This document shows positions 39,394-49,215 of a stretch of DNA of 64,000 nucleotides, in pieces (position 1 is the stretch's first letter; each line of letters opens with the position of its first letter). The stretch is from Candidatus Woesearchaeota archaeon. Its GTDB lineage: Archaea > Nanobdellota > Nanobdellia > Woesearchaeales > GW2011-AR9. The notes beneath the pieces are model-generated. The model saw nothing but the letters and a program-made list of their open reading frames with translations, did not search any database and was not told the DNA's origin. Both the position numbers and the translations under genes were made by a program. The stretch is from NCBI GenBank assembly GCA_018655525.1, contig JABIJM010000008.1, positions 20,836-84,835 of the forward strand, read 5' to 3'.

Positions 39394-39936
39394 GTGAACG
39401 TCAATAATATTATGGTTGAAGATCAATTATCCTTATTAGATTACAAGCCGCCAGTGCAAGGACAATTATTTGATCATAGAAATCTTCCCACAGAAGTTTC
39501 GGATAAACCTCCATGGAGATTAGGGTCATTTGAAGGAAGAATAGAAGTGTATGCTGTTGAAGATTATTATACTGAATTATGTAGGAAGGAATTAGATAGA
39601 ACTAAGCGATTTCTTTTAGGAAACAAGGTTGAAGAATCACATGCACCACTTACCCATCAACCTTTATATCTAGACGAACGTGTATATGGATTACGCTTTA
39701 TTGGATCTGGCGAAGCAAAGAATTACAAAACTACAAGATCTTTAGCACAGGCATTGAAAAAATTTAATTTCTTGAAAGATGGAATCAGATGGAGGCATCC
39801 TTATGGTAAAGACACATTGTTAGAAGAATCCCGTGGTCAAATTGTTGCAAAATGGACCCCTAGAAAAGATCATGTTAGAGTTAAATGTTATCTTACGATT
39901 GATGAAATTTTGGAGATTGAAGGTTTTCTAATCTAA
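39394..39936 (+). CDS. Hypothetical protein
   Basis: 180-aa ORF filling the gap (ATG at 39412 may be the true start). Confidence 0.6.
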   Translation: MNVNNIMVEDQLSLLDYKPPVQGQLFDHRNLPTEVSDKPPWRLGSFEGRIEVYAVEDYYTELCRKELDRTKRFLLGNKVEESHAPLTHQPLYLDERVYGLRFIGSGEAKNYKTTRSLAQALKKFNFLKDGIRWRHPYGKDTLLEESRGQIVAKWTPRKDHVRVKCYLTIDEILEIEGFLI

Positions 39937-41028
39937 ATGTAATTCTACGATATCTCCGTCTTTTAATTTATGTACTAACCTGCTAAACCTTTGTCCTGGG
40001 TGTTTCGCGGATTTTCCCCAGACACGTGCAAACCGAAATCGTTTTACAAAATCTTTATGTGTTTTCAAACAAACATCTTTCAACGAGGATTTAGTTTGAA
40101 GAATCATTGGCTCATTCATATCTGCTTCTTTACGAGGTTCTTTCATATAAATACGCATGAAATCTAGTTTGTCAAAAATCATATCTTTAAGTTCATCAAT
40201 TCCAACATTATTATGTGCTGAGAGCACAAGGTCTGCACCAATTTGTTTTTTTACTTTCCTGATTTGTGCGGCTGTTGCCATATCTCCTTTTGTTAGACAA
40301 ATAATAGCGGGAACATATTTTTTATTACTTTCAATACAATCAATAAATTGGTCCATGTTTATGGGACTTCTAATTAAGACATCTGCGTTTACAATTTTAA
40401 ATTCACGCATGATATCTTTAATTGTAGCATTATCAATTTCTGTTTTCACAGTTCTTCCAATTTGAATACCTCCAGTTCCTTTCTTTTTGATATAGACTTC
40501 TGGCTTTCTTTGATTTAAACGAATGTTTGCTTCTCTTACTTCTCTAATGATTGCAGGGTAATGTTCTGGTGTTGTAACATCAACAACAATTAAAACTAAA
40601 TCTGCGTTTTGAATTACAGTAAGTACTTCTCTTCCACGTCCTTTTCCAGAAGCTGCACCACTTACAATTCCTGGAACATCTAAAATTTGAATTTTTGCTT
40701 GTTTATAATTTAACATTCCAGGTACAACTGAAAGAGTTGTGAAGGCATATGCACCAACTTCAGATTCTGCACCCGTGATGACATTTAATAGGGTTGATTT
40801 TCCTGCTGAAGGAAATCCTAAAAGAAGAACGGTTCCATCTCCACTTTTTCTTACAGTGTAACCATAAGATGAAGATCCAGTTTTCTTAGAAGTACGTTGA
40901 TCTTGCTTTCCTTTAAGCATAGCGATCTTTGCTTTAAGTTTACCAATGTGACCTTGTGTAGCTTTATTGTACTTGGTCTTTTTGATTTCGTCCTCTATAT
41001 CTTTGATTTGTTTCTTATAATCAACCAT
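39928..41028 (-). CDS. drg: DRG/Rbg family GTPase with TGS domain
   Basis: YNKAT..HIG.LKAK, GFPSAGKST, YAFTT, DVPG, GRG, TKGD, C-terminal TGS. Confidence 0.94.
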   Translation of the reverse strand: MVDYKKQIKDIEDEIKKTKYNKATQGHIGKLKAKIAMLKGKQDQRTSKKTGSSSYGYTVRKSGDGTVLLLGFPSAGKSTLLNVITGAESEVGAYAFTTLSVVPGMLNYKQAKIQILDVPGIVSGAASGKGRGREVLTVIQNADLVLIVVDVTTPEHYPAIIREVREANIRLNQRKPEVYIKKKGTGGIQIGRTVKTEIDNATIKDIMREFKIVNADVLIRSPINMDQFIDCIESNKKYVPAIICLTKGDMATAAQIRKVKKQIGADLVLSAHNNVGIDELKDMIFDKLDFMRIYMKEPRKEADMNEPMILQTKSSLKDVCLKTHKDFVKRFRFARVWGKSAKHPGQRFSRLVHKLKDGDIVELHLD

Positions 41029-41134
41029 TAGAAGGGAAATAGATTGAGTTGTTTTTAATGGTTTCTTTATATTTGGAGATTATGCCTACATTTACGTAAT
41101 CTTTATATATACAAATCTAGCTTAAACCTATTGG

Positions 41135-41665
41135 ATGGTAGAATTTTTCAGTACAATCGGGACCTATTTTAACAAGATTCTTGTAGGTATTGTGATCCTT
41201 CTTGTAGGTTTTGGAATTGGAATTCTGGTTAAGAAAATTTTAGATCGTGTTTTAAAAGAAGTTGAATTAAATAGAATTATGGGAAAAGTTGGTTTAACCC
41301 ATAACTTAGAATCTATCTTAAGTAATATTATAGCTTACTTAGTATATCTGTTCACAATCGTATTTTTCTTACAACATTTAGGAATTGGATCTTATGTATT
41401 ACTTATCATTGTAGGTGCGGTGTTGATGTTAATCATTTTAACATTTCTTGTAGGTATGAAAGATGTGATCCCAAACTTCATTGGATGGTTATACATTCAA
41501 AAGAAAGGAAAAATGAAGGAAGGACATCATGTAAATATTAGAGAAATTGGTGGACGTGTTGAAAGAATTGGATTCATGGAAACTGAGATTAAAACAGAAC
41601 GTGGAGATATCCTTTATGTTCCAAATGCATTATTTATGAAAAGTAAATTTCGTGTTAAGAATTAA
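41135..41665 (+). CDS. Truncated MscS-family protein (3 TM plus beta domain)
   Basis: KDVIPNFIG, G.V..IG..ET, LYVPN; no C-terminal cage domain. Confidence 0.78.
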   Translation: MVEFFSTIGTYFNKILVGIVILLVGFGIGILVKKILDRVLKEVELNRIMGKVGLTHNLESILSNIIAYLVYLFTIVFFLQHLGIGSYVLLIIVGAVLMLIILTFLVGMKDVIPNFIGWLYIQKKGKMKEGHHVNIREIGGRVERIGFMETEIKTERGDILYVPNALFMKSKFRVKN

Positions 41666-41904
41666 TTCTTTGCACTTTCTAATAAACTAACAATATCCCA
41701 CACTTGGGTTCTTAGATAAGAAGAGATTTCATTGGAGTTTAATTCTTCAAGTTCCATTAAAGCTTTTGAAATCGCCATTTCTTCTTGGCTGTTTAGAAGG
41801 GTAATTACTTTGTTTGCTTTTTCTTTGATACGTTTGCTTGCATCATCATCTTCTTGTAACATTTCAAGGGATCCAAGAGCTTCTTGGAGAAGTTCATTGT
41901 TCAT
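41662..41904 (-). CDS. UPF0147 family protein
   Basis: C-terminal RTQVWDIVSLLES. Confidence 0.82.
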   Translation of the reverse strand: MNNELLQEALGSLEMLQEDDDASKRIKEKANKVITLLNSQEEMAISKALMELEELNSNEISSYLRTQVWDIVSLLESAKN

Positions 41905-42223
41905 TTTTCTTTTCCTCTTGAAGTTCCTTTACAACTTCTTGCTGAAGTTCTTCCATGCTATGTTTGAAGCTTTCTTCTTGTTTTAGAAGACTTTTTAATC
42001 GTACATCTGCAACTTCCTTTTGATCTTGTAAATCTTTTTGTAATTGTTCTTTAGAAGATGCAACCATAATTTTACCAACTATTTTGTATGCTTGTTCAGT
42101 TGTAGAAATTTCTTGTAATGCGGATTGTAATTCCACTAATTGAGATTCAACTTGTTGTTTTTGTAAAGTAATATTTTGCAGATTTTGCTGCATAGACTGT
42201 AATTGTTGAATTTTCTGACTCAT
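41894..42223 (-). CDS. pfdB: Prefoldin beta subunit
   Basis: Coiled coil - AYKIVGKIMV hairpin - coiled coil; standard rpl37ae-rpoP context. Confidence 0.92.
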   Translation of the reverse strand: MSQKIQQLQSMQQNLQNITLQKQQVESQLVELQSALQEISTTEQAYKIVGKIMVASSKEQLQKDLQDQKEVADVRLKSLLKQEESFKHSMEELQQEVVKELQEEKKNEQ

Positions 42224-42236
42224 TGTAGAAATCCTC

Positions 42237-42371
42237 TTACCGTGCTTTTACTTTCGCAACAGTTCTTCTATCTTTGTAAAGAATCTTACCACCACAATAG
42301 GGGCATCGTACTTTTGTACGTGTATATTCATCGTCAACTTTTTTTCCGCAATCAAAACAAAGATAATACAT
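42237..42371 (-). CDS. rpoP: RNA polymerase subunit P (Rpo12), 44 aa, not in the ORF track
   Basis: MYYLCFDCGKKVDDEYTRTKVRCPYCGGKILYKDRRTVAKVKAR; Zn ribbon; GAGGT SD. Confidence 0.93.
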   Translation of the reverse strand: MYYLCFDCGKKVDDEYTRTKVRCPYCGGKILYKDRRTVAKVKAR

Positions 42372-42383
42372 TTTTAGATACCT

Positions 42384-42581
42384 CTAAAGCGTATACGCTT
42401 TACCTGCGAATTTTGCTTCGCATTTTGCACATTGCCAGATTCCTATTGCAACTCGTCTTACGTCAAGTTTATTACAATATGGGCATTTGTGTTTTTTTCG
42501 TTGTTCGGTTTCGATCATATCGAATTTCTTTTTTGTTCTACGACCATATCGTGGTCCAAATCTTTTAGTTGATCCTGTCAT
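42384..42581 (-). CDS. rpl37ae: 50S ribosomal protein L37ae (eL43)
   Basis: RFGPRYG, CPYC, GIWQC.KC, FAG.AY. Confidence 0.96.
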   Translation of the reverse strand: MTGSTKRFGPRYGRRTKKKFDMIETEQRKKHKCPYCNKLDVRRVAIGIWQCAKCEAKFAGKAYTL

Positions 42582-42604
42582 TTTTTCTTTCCTAAATTAT
42601 AAAG

Positions 42605-42709
42605 TGGGGCTACCCGGATTCGAACCGGGGTTCAGCGGCCCCAAACCGCTAGTGATAGATTACTCAAATAGGAGTTTTACTCTTATTCTCCAAGCTACAC
42701 TATAGCCCC
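42605..42709 (-). tRNA. tRNA-Pro(UGG) with a 30-nt intron in the D-loop (intron 42660-42689); CCA not encoded
   Basis: Acceptor GGGGCTA/TAGCCCC, anticodon arm AGCGG-TTTGGGG-CCGCT, T arm CCCGG-TTCGAAT-CCGGG; TATA upstream. Confidence 0.92.
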
Positions 42710-42783
42710 AATAAGCTGTTTATAAAGGTTTTGCTTATTTTTGATTTATTGTGAACCTTTTTAAAAACCTTGTGGTTTTTTAG

Positions 42784-43806
42784 TTAGATTCTAAGGAGGG
42801 GCAATTCTTTGGGTGCAGTAGTCAAAATCTTGGTTTTTCCTTTAAAAACGAGCGTATCTTCAATTCGCATCCCAAATTTGTTCTTAAAATAAATGCCAGG
42901 CTCTATTGTAAACACATGATTCTGGTTAATAATGTGTTCTTTAAACTTTGGGTCTTCATGAACTTCTACACCAATCCCATGACCAAGAGAATGAACAAAA
43001 TATTTATTGTATTTTCCAAGTTTAGATCTTGCCGTTTTATCTAAATGCATGAATTTTTGTTTATCTTTAATTTCTTCAATTGCTGCTAATTGAGAATTTA
43101 AGAGGAGGTTGTAAAATTCTTTCTCTTCTTTTGAAGGTTTTCCTAAATACACCATCCTCGTCATATCTGCATTGTAATTCTTGTAACAAGCACCAAAATC
43201 AAGTACCATGAATCCTTTTCTTAGTTTTTGATTTGATGTAACATGATGAGGAATTGCTCCATTCTTTGAAGTTGCCGCAATAGTAGGGAATGCAATTTCG
43301 CATCCTTTATCTTTCATGTATTTTTCTAAGAAGAATGCAACATCTTGTTCCGTCTTACATTTGAAGTTGTTAATTAATTCATTGAACGCTTCTGATGTTA
43401 TTTTACATGCTTTCGCAATCTTTTTAGTTTCTTCAGGCGTTTTCTGAGATCGTAGAAGTTTAAGTTGATTTGACACATCAACAAATTTAGCTTTAGGATA
43501 TATTTTCTGTAACTTTTCTTGATAATGTACAGAAAGAAGCTCTTTGTTAATCCCAATAGTTTTGATTTTGTTGTTAGATAATTTTTTCTCCCATCCTGTT
43601 GTAAAATAGTTTGTTGCGATATTCTTTATCCTAGGTTTCGCATCTAATTTCGTGACAAGAAACTCTGCTTCTTTTGGTTTGATGATTAGAAATGCATGTG
43701 ATGGTTTTGTTTGTGTGAAATATGTGATGTTTGGATCAGGAGATGTTAAAAATGTTAAGTTAATGTTTTGTTTTGTGAGATATTTTTGAAATTCTGAAAG
43801 TTTCAT
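42784..43806 (-). CDS. Xaa-Pro aminopeptidase (M24B)
   Basis: IPHH, LDFGA, ADMTR, HSLGHGIG.EVHE, TIEPGIY, RIED; ATG at 43806 preferred over 43854. Confidence 0.92.
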   Translation of the reverse strand: MKLSEFQKYLTKQNINLTFLTSPDPNITYFTQTKPSHAFLIIKPKEAEFLVTKLDAKPRIKNIATNYFTTGWEKKLSNNKIKTIGINKELLSVHYQEKLQKIYPKAKFVDVSNQLKLLRSQKTPEETKKIAKACKITSEAFNELINNFKCKTEQDVAFFLEKYMKDKGCEIAFPTIAATSKNGAIPHHVTSNQKLRKGFMVLDFGACYKNYNADMTRMVYLGKPSKEEKEFYNLLLNSQLAAIEEIKDKQKFMHLDKTARSKLGKYNKYFVHSLGHGIGVEVHEDPKFKEHIINQNHVFTIEPGIYFKNKFGMRIEDTLVFKGKTKILTTAPKELPLLRI

Positions 43807-43888
43807 GAGATTATGATTCTTTGTCGGGTTAAAAAGGTTGTGTTCTAAATCCATAAAACATATAAGCGATATTTTGTCAAATATTTCT

Positions 43889-44371
43889 ATGTCAGATGAA
43901 GATTATGTAAGAGTGTATCAATTGCAAACCGGGAGAGGAGATATCAAAACAATTCTAACAACCATTGATAATGTTTATGTGAATAATGATAAAATGGCCT
44001 TAGTTCAATGGAAAAGCGATAAAGGAACTAATACGATAATAGAGGGAAAGGTGGATGCAAATCTTCATTCTGAAGGTATGAGAGTTCTTGAAGCAAGGAT
44101 TATTCCTAGTGATGGATGTATTGCTTTACCTCCAAAGTATGTTCCTCCTCATTCTACTGTTTTTGGAGTCAATGTTATTTCAAGAATGGAATATGATTCT
44201 ATAGTTGAAAGACTTGAAGACGACAAAAATGAATTTTCTCGTGAAAGGACCGCAGTTCAAGAAAGGATGGATGTAGAATTGCGAGGTGTAAGAGTGAGAT
44301 ATAGGTCTCAATTTGATGCAATCCCTAAACCTGATTCTATTGAAGAGCGGGTTGCTAAATATGTTCTCTGA
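43889..44371 (+). CDS. Hypothetical protein
   Basis: ATG at 43889 in frame with the track ORF; avoids overlap with the divergent gene. Confidence 0.6.
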   Translation: MSDEDYVRVYQLQTGRGDIKTILTTIDNVYVNNDKMALVQWKSDKGTNTIIEGKVDANLHSEGMRVLEARIIPSDGCIALPPKYVPPHSTVFGVNVISRMEYDSIVERLEDDKNEFSRERTAVQERMDVELRGVRVRYRSQFDAIPKPDSIEERVAKYVL

Positions 44372-44462
44372 ATGTATGAAGACAATTATTAATTGTAAAT
44401 TTTTCTTTACACAACCCTTATAAACACTAAAATTATACTTCTATAAAGAAAAAGGGGACTAA

Positions 44463-45665
44463 ATGAGAGAAATTACGCTTAAAAACGGGCTTAAAGTATT
44501 GTACGAACAAAAAGAGAGGAATGCAGTTGTTGTTCAAATCATGATTAAGACAGGTAGTAATCATGAAGCTAAAGATGAACGAGGGATTTCACATTTTTTA
44601 GAACATATTCTTTTTGAAGGAACGGTTAAACGTCCTACCAACCAAGAGATTTCAAATGAAATTGAAAGTATTGGAGGAGATTTTAATGCATACACAACTA
44701 ATGAAAGGACGTGTTTTTACATTAAGGTTTTGAATAAACATTTTCATAAAGCAACAGATATCCTAGCAGATATTATGTTACATTCGTTGTTCAAAGAAGA
44801 ACATATCGCAAAAGAAAAAAATATTGTGTTAAAAGAAATTGATATGGTGAATGATGAACCAAGTTATTACCAATGGCTTTTATTACAAAGCAATATTTTC
44901 AAAAATCACCCTGCAAGGCATCCTACATACGGTGATCGTAAAATCATTAAAAATCTTACAAGAAAAAAAATAATGAGTTATTTTCATAAACATTATGTTG
45001 CAGGAAACATGGTGATTTCTGTTGTGGGAAATGTGAAAGATTGGAAAGAAAAAGTTCAAGTTTTTTCAAATATTCCAAAAGGAAGTGCTAAATCCTTACC
45101 TAAAGGAAGGGAACCAGTTGCAAAACGTAATGAAGTCTTCAAAAAGAAAAAGAAGACGATTAACACTTATACCCTTATTGGATTTAAAACGGTTCCTAGA
45201 ACTCATAAAGATAGTTATGCATTAGAAGTTATGAATGGTATTCTTGGGAGAGGACAATCAGGGAGAATGTTTACAGAGATTCGTGGGAAGAGAGCATTGG
45301 CTTATGATGTTGGAACTCAACATATTTCTGAAGCAGGATTTGGATATTTTGCAGTGTATGCAACGATTGACCGAAAAAATGTCCCATTAGTAAAAAAATT
45401 AGCATTAGAAGAAATCAAAAAGATTAAGGATATTACACCTAAAGATTTGAAGGAATCTAAAGACTTTGTTGAAGGGAATTATTTGCTTTCTATGGAAGAC
45501 GTACAAAAGGTTGCAGATCAATTATTATTCTGGAATCAAATTAGTAATGCGCAAGGTATGAAGAATTTTGTAAAAGAAATCAAAAAAGTTACACTTAATG
45601 ATGTAAAACGTGTTGCAGAAAAATACTTTAAACATTACACCATGGCAATTGTTGAAGGAAAGTGA
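44463..45665 (+). CDS. M16 family zinc peptidase
   Basis: Inverted zinc motif HFLEH, FNAYT, E..IV..EI, R.F.EIR..R.LAY. Confidence 0.93.
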   Translation: MREITLKNGLKVLYEQKERNAVVVQIMIKTGSNHEAKDERGISHFLEHILFEGTVKRPTNQEISNEIESIGGDFNAYTTNERTCFYIKVLNKHFHKATDILADIMLHSLFKEEHIAKEKNIVLKEIDMVNDEPSYYQWLLLQSNIFKNHPARHPTYGDRKIIKNLTRKKIMSYFHKHYVAGNMVISVVGNVKDWKEKVQVFSNIPKGSAKSLPKGREPVAKRNEVFKKKKKTINTYTLIGFKTVPRTHKDSYALEVMNGILGRGQSGRMFTEIRGKRALAYDVGTQHISEAGFGYFAVYATIDRKNVPLVKKLALEEIKKIKDITPKDLKESKDFVEGNYLLSMEDVQKVADQLLFWNQISNAQGMKNFVKEIKKVTLNDVKRVAEKYFKHYTMAIVEGK

Positions 45666-46739
45666 TTATCTCGTAACTTCAAAACTTTGCACTTTTTCTA
45701 ATAGTTTCTTAGGAGATCCTTTAGAAAAATGTTCACGTGTGGGTTCTAGAAGTTTGTTGATTGCAGCTGCCACTCCTGTTTTAAGATCAATAGATTTTAA
45801 TTTTCCTGAAGAAAATGCTTTTTCTAACTCTTCGTATGATTTGAAAGAAAGGTTTCCACCATATTTCTCTGGACGTTCTATTTTGATTTCGTTCATTAAT
45901 TCAAAAATGATATATTTTGCATATTCTAATACAGGATTGTCTTCAATCACACCATCTACGCAATGAGCTTTTCTGAATTTTTTTTCTACAACAGGTTCTG
46001 TGTCTGTCATAAAAATTGCAGTGTCTGGTTTTGATTTAGACATCTTCATTGCAATTTTTCTATCGACACCTTCTAGTTCAGATTGATTAAATTGTAATCC
46101 AAGTAACATATGGTGATGGATTGCAATAGGTTTTGGTTTTCCGATTTTTGGAAAAATGTCCCGTGCAAGCATGTTGACTTTTCTTTGATCTAATCCTAAT
46201 TGTGCAATATCTGCTTCTAAGTGAATAATATCTGCAGCTTGCATTAAAGGATACATTATTTGAGAGGATTTAGATTTTTTTCCTTCTTCACGACCCATGA
46301 TTTGAGAACATCGTAGAACTCTTGTTACGGTAGAAGACATTGCTAATTGCATTACTGTTTTCCAGTAATCTGGATTTTTTTTATAAAATTCTGATGCCCA
46401 TACGAATTCTACATTTTTCAAATCCATGCCACAAGATTTCCATACTTCAATTGCATATTTTCCCGTTGTTTGAATTTTATCTAAATCTCCACCCAACTTA
46501 CTATTTAGCATTGCAAAATAATCTGCAACAAGAATTTTAAATTTAACGCCAGCTTTTGTTAATTTGTTAATGTTAATTGCACGTAATAATCCTTGCGCAA
46601 TGTGAATTTGCCCTGAGGGTTCAAAACCATCATACGCAATTGGATTTTTTTTTGATTCAAGAAGTGTAATAAGATCTTCTTCTGTAATGATTTCTTCTCC
46701 TACTTCTTTTATTAATTTGAGTTTGTCAGCTGTTTTCAT
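45666..46739 (-). CDS. tyrS: Tyrosine--tRNA ligase (archaeal type)
   Basis: YDGFEPSG.IHIAQ, YPLMQAAD, GLDQRK, KMSKS. Confidence 0.96.
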   Translation of the reverse strand: MKTADKLKLIKEVGEEIITEEDLITLLESKKNPIAYDGFEPSGQIHIAQGLLRAININKLTKAGVKFKILVADYFAMLNSKLGGDLDKIQTTGKYAIEVWKSCGMDLKNVEFVWASEFYKKNPDYWKTVMQLAMSSTVTRVLRCSQIMGREEGKKSKSSQIMYPLMQAADIIHLEADIAQLGLDQRKVNMLARDIFPKIGKPKPIAIHHHMLLGLQFNQSELEGVDRKIAMKMSKSKPDTAIFMTDTEPVVEKKFRKAHCVDGVIEDNPVLEYAKYIIFELMNEIKIERPEKYGGNLSFKSYEELEKAFSSGKLKSIDLKTGVAAAINKLLEPTREHFSKGSPKKLLEKVQSFEVTR

Positions 46740-46811
46740 AGGTTTTAGTAATAGTATTTAGTATAAATAGTTAATGGTTAATTTTAAATACATTAAGGTA
46801 TTAAGACAGGT

Positions 46812-47654
46812 ATGAATAAATTAATTGGAATTCTTGTAATCTTGATGTTTGCATTATCTTTAGGCGTATTCGCAAAAGGAGATTTAGTGATCACAACAGG
46901 AAATTCTGAAGTATTGCCTCAAGATGGTTTTGAGCAAGATGTATTTATTCCGTTCACAATTACTAATGTTGGAGATAAAGATGTTACATCAAGATTCGGT
47001 GTAGGGATTCAAAAAGATAACGAGCAAATTGGTGTAGGATATCCTTTGTACACTTACACAGGTGAAGTAAAAACAGAAGGTGAAGTGTTTAAGTACACAC
47101 AAGGCGTTCCGATTATTGATGCCAAAGGAAAAGAATATTTTCAAAAAGCAGTGAATAATGAGATCTCTCAAAAAGGAGTCTATGTTTCAACCGCACCAAC
47201 TATTACATTAAAACCAAATGAAAGTCTTGCATTTACTGAAAATGATAGAGATTTCTTTAATATATTTTCAGTTGCAAAAGAAGGCAACCATACTTTCACA
47301 TATATTGTAGATGCAGAGAATGAAGTTGATGAAGAAGATGAATCAAATAATGAAGTTACAGTTACATTAGATGTAAAGGCACCAAATGTTATCAAAGGTC
47401 CAAATACAGAATTTAAATTATCTGAAAAACAATATTGGTTTTTCTTTAGGAATTTAGGAGATTGTGTAACCATGAATACTCCAAAAGAAACCAAAATCTG
47501 TTTGAAAAGTGAGGGATTATTTACTGCAAAGCTTACAATCAATAATGAGGAATTAACCTTATTCCATATCTTAAATGTCTTTAGTTTTGATAAGAAAATC
47601 GGAAACCTTGAATTAAGTGTAAGTGAAGATGGATTCTTTCTTAGCTATTCTTAG
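46812..47654 (+). CDS. Secreted CARDB-domain protein
   Basis: Signal peptide; ITNVG and VDAENEVDEEDESNN CARDB signature. Confidence 0.8.
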   Translation: MNKLIGILVILMFALSLGVFAKGDLVITTGNSEVLPQDGFEQDVFIPFTITNVGDKDVTSRFGVGIQKDNEQIGVGYPLYTYTGEVKTEGEVFKYTQGVPIIDAKGKEYFQKAVNNEISQKGVYVSTAPTITLKPNESLAFTENDRDFFNIFSVAKEGNHTFTYIVDAENEVDEEDESNNEVTVTLDVKAPNVIKGPNTEFKLSEKQYWFFFRNLGDCVTMNTPKETKICLKSEGLFTAKLTINNEELTLFHILNVFSFDKKIGNLELSVSEDGFFLSYS

Positions 47655-47692
47655 ACAAAATGTTTATATTATGGAGATGTTTTAGAATCTAA

Positions 47693-48319
47693 ATGGTTAA
47701 AGCTATACTATTTGATTTTTGGGGAACATTAGTGGAGAATGGCGTTCATTCACCTATTAAACAAGTTAAAAATATTCTTAATATTAGGTTGCCTTTCTCA
47801 GAATATGTCATCCGTATGGAAAAAGCAATGATGACTCAAGAATTTTCTTCCTTAAAAGATGCATTTATTGCAGTAGGAAAAGAATTTAATATTGAATGTC
47901 CTGATTTTATCTTGGATGAATTAGTTGGAATGTGGAACAAATCATGGATGTTGGCAGAGCCCTATGAAGAAACAGTTCAAGTTTTAGAAGATTTACAGAA
48001 AAAGTATAAATTAGTACTGATTTCAAATACCGATAATTTTTCTGTGATGAAAGTTATTGAGAAATATAATTTAGATCAATATTTTGAAAAGGCTTCCTTA
48101 TCTTGTAAAACTGGAATGTTAAAGACGAATCCTGAATGTTTACGGGGCATTGTAGAGAGTTTAAATCTTCAGATAGAGGATTGCGTTATGGTAGGAGATA
48201 GTCTCCAGAGCGACATAAAAGCAGCTGAATTAGTAGGAATGAAATCAATCCTTGTTGATAGAAGAAATTCGCGAGATTATTCTCCTAAAGTGCGAGATTT
48301 GAGAGACATGGAACTATGA
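47693..48319 (+). CDS. HAD-superfamily hydrolase
   Basis: ILFDFWGTLV, ISN, K, MVGDS..SD. Confidence 0.9.
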   Translation: MVKAILFDFWGTLVENGVHSPIKQVKNILNIRLPFSEYVIRMEKAMMTQEFSSLKDAFIAVGKEFNIECPDFILDELVGMWNKSWMLAEPYEETVQVLEDLQKKYKLVLISNTDNFSVMKVIEKYNLDQYFEKASLSCKTGMLKTNPECLRGIVESLNLQIEDCVMVGDSLQSDIKAAELVGMKSILVDRRNSRDYSPKVRDLRDMEL

Positions 48320-49197
48320 AGATTACATTTTTAGGAACTGGGTGTATGCAACCTACGGTAAAAAGGAATCATTCTTCTATTTTATTATCCCATAATAGGG
48401 AGAATTTATTATTTGATTGTGGAGAAGGTACACAACGTCAAATGCGATTCGCAAAAGTAAAACCAGCACGTATTACAAAAATTTTTATTTCACATTGGCA
48501 TGGAGATCATTGTTTTGGTATTCCTGGTTTAATGAGTGCAATGGGTGCAGATAATTTTGAAGGTACATTAGAAATTTATGGTCCAAAGGGAAGTAAAACA
48601 TATCTTAAACATATGTTGAAAGGTTTTGCACGTAAAGATATGATCACATATAAGATTAAAGAAGTAAGTAAAGGGACCATTGTAAATGCTGATAATTTTA
48701 TCATTGAAGCTCATCAGTTAAAACATTCTGTTTCTTGTGTGGGATATTCCTTTAAAGAAAAAGACAAGTTGCGTATTGATGTAAAGAAAGCAACGAAATT
48801 AGGATTGAAAGGAGAGATTCTTGGAAGGTTACAAAAAGGAAAAAATGTAACTTTAAAAGGTAAGAAAATTATGTTTAAAGATGTTACATATAAAGTAAAA
48901 GGTAAAAAAATAAGTTACATTGCTGACACTGTCAAATGTCTTGGTGCAAGAAAATTAGCTAAGGATTGTGATTTATTAATTTCAGAAGCGACCCATTGTG
49001 ATGATGTTGTAAAAAGAAAATATATGCATCTGACCGTTCGTGAAGCATGTGAAATTGCGAAGGCCGGAAAGGCGAAGAGATTAGTTCTAACCCATATTAG
49101 TCAACGATATAAAGATTCTAAAGCCGTATTGAAGGAAGCAAAGAAGTATTTTAAGAAAGTTCAAGTTGCTGAAGATTTTCTAGAAATAAAAATTTAA
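48316..49197 (+). CDS. rnz: Ribonuclease Z
   Basis: FLGTG, FDCGEGTQ, HWHGDH, exosite, ADT, EAT, H, THISQRY. Confidence 0.95.
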   Translation: MKITFLGTGCMQPTVKRNHSSILLSHNRENLLFDCGEGTQRQMRFAKVKPARITKIFISHWHGDHCFGIPGLMSAMGADNFEGTLEIYGPKGSKTYLKHMLKGFARKDMITYKIKEVSKGTIVNADNFIIEAHQLKHSVSCVGYSFKEKDKLRIDVKKATKLGLKGEILGRLQKGKNVTLKGKKIMFKDVTYKVKGKKISYIADTVKCLGARKLAKDCDLLISEATHCDDVVKRKYMHLTVREACEIAKAGKAKRLVLTHISQRYKDSKAVLKEAKKYFKKVQVAEDFLEIKI

Positions 49198-49215
49198 AAA
49201 AGAAAAAGAAAAAAA

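Noticed and set aside
42203-42705. Plus-strand ORFs of 121 and 72 aa
   Set aside because: Antisense to rpoP, rpl37ae and the tRNA-Pro gene
42605-43806. Functional link between tRNA-Pro and the adjacent Xaa-Pro aminopeptidase, or an integration site at the tRNA
   Set aside because: The tRNA has its own TATA box; no integrase and no duplicated tRNA 3' end seen; adjacency is probably coincidental
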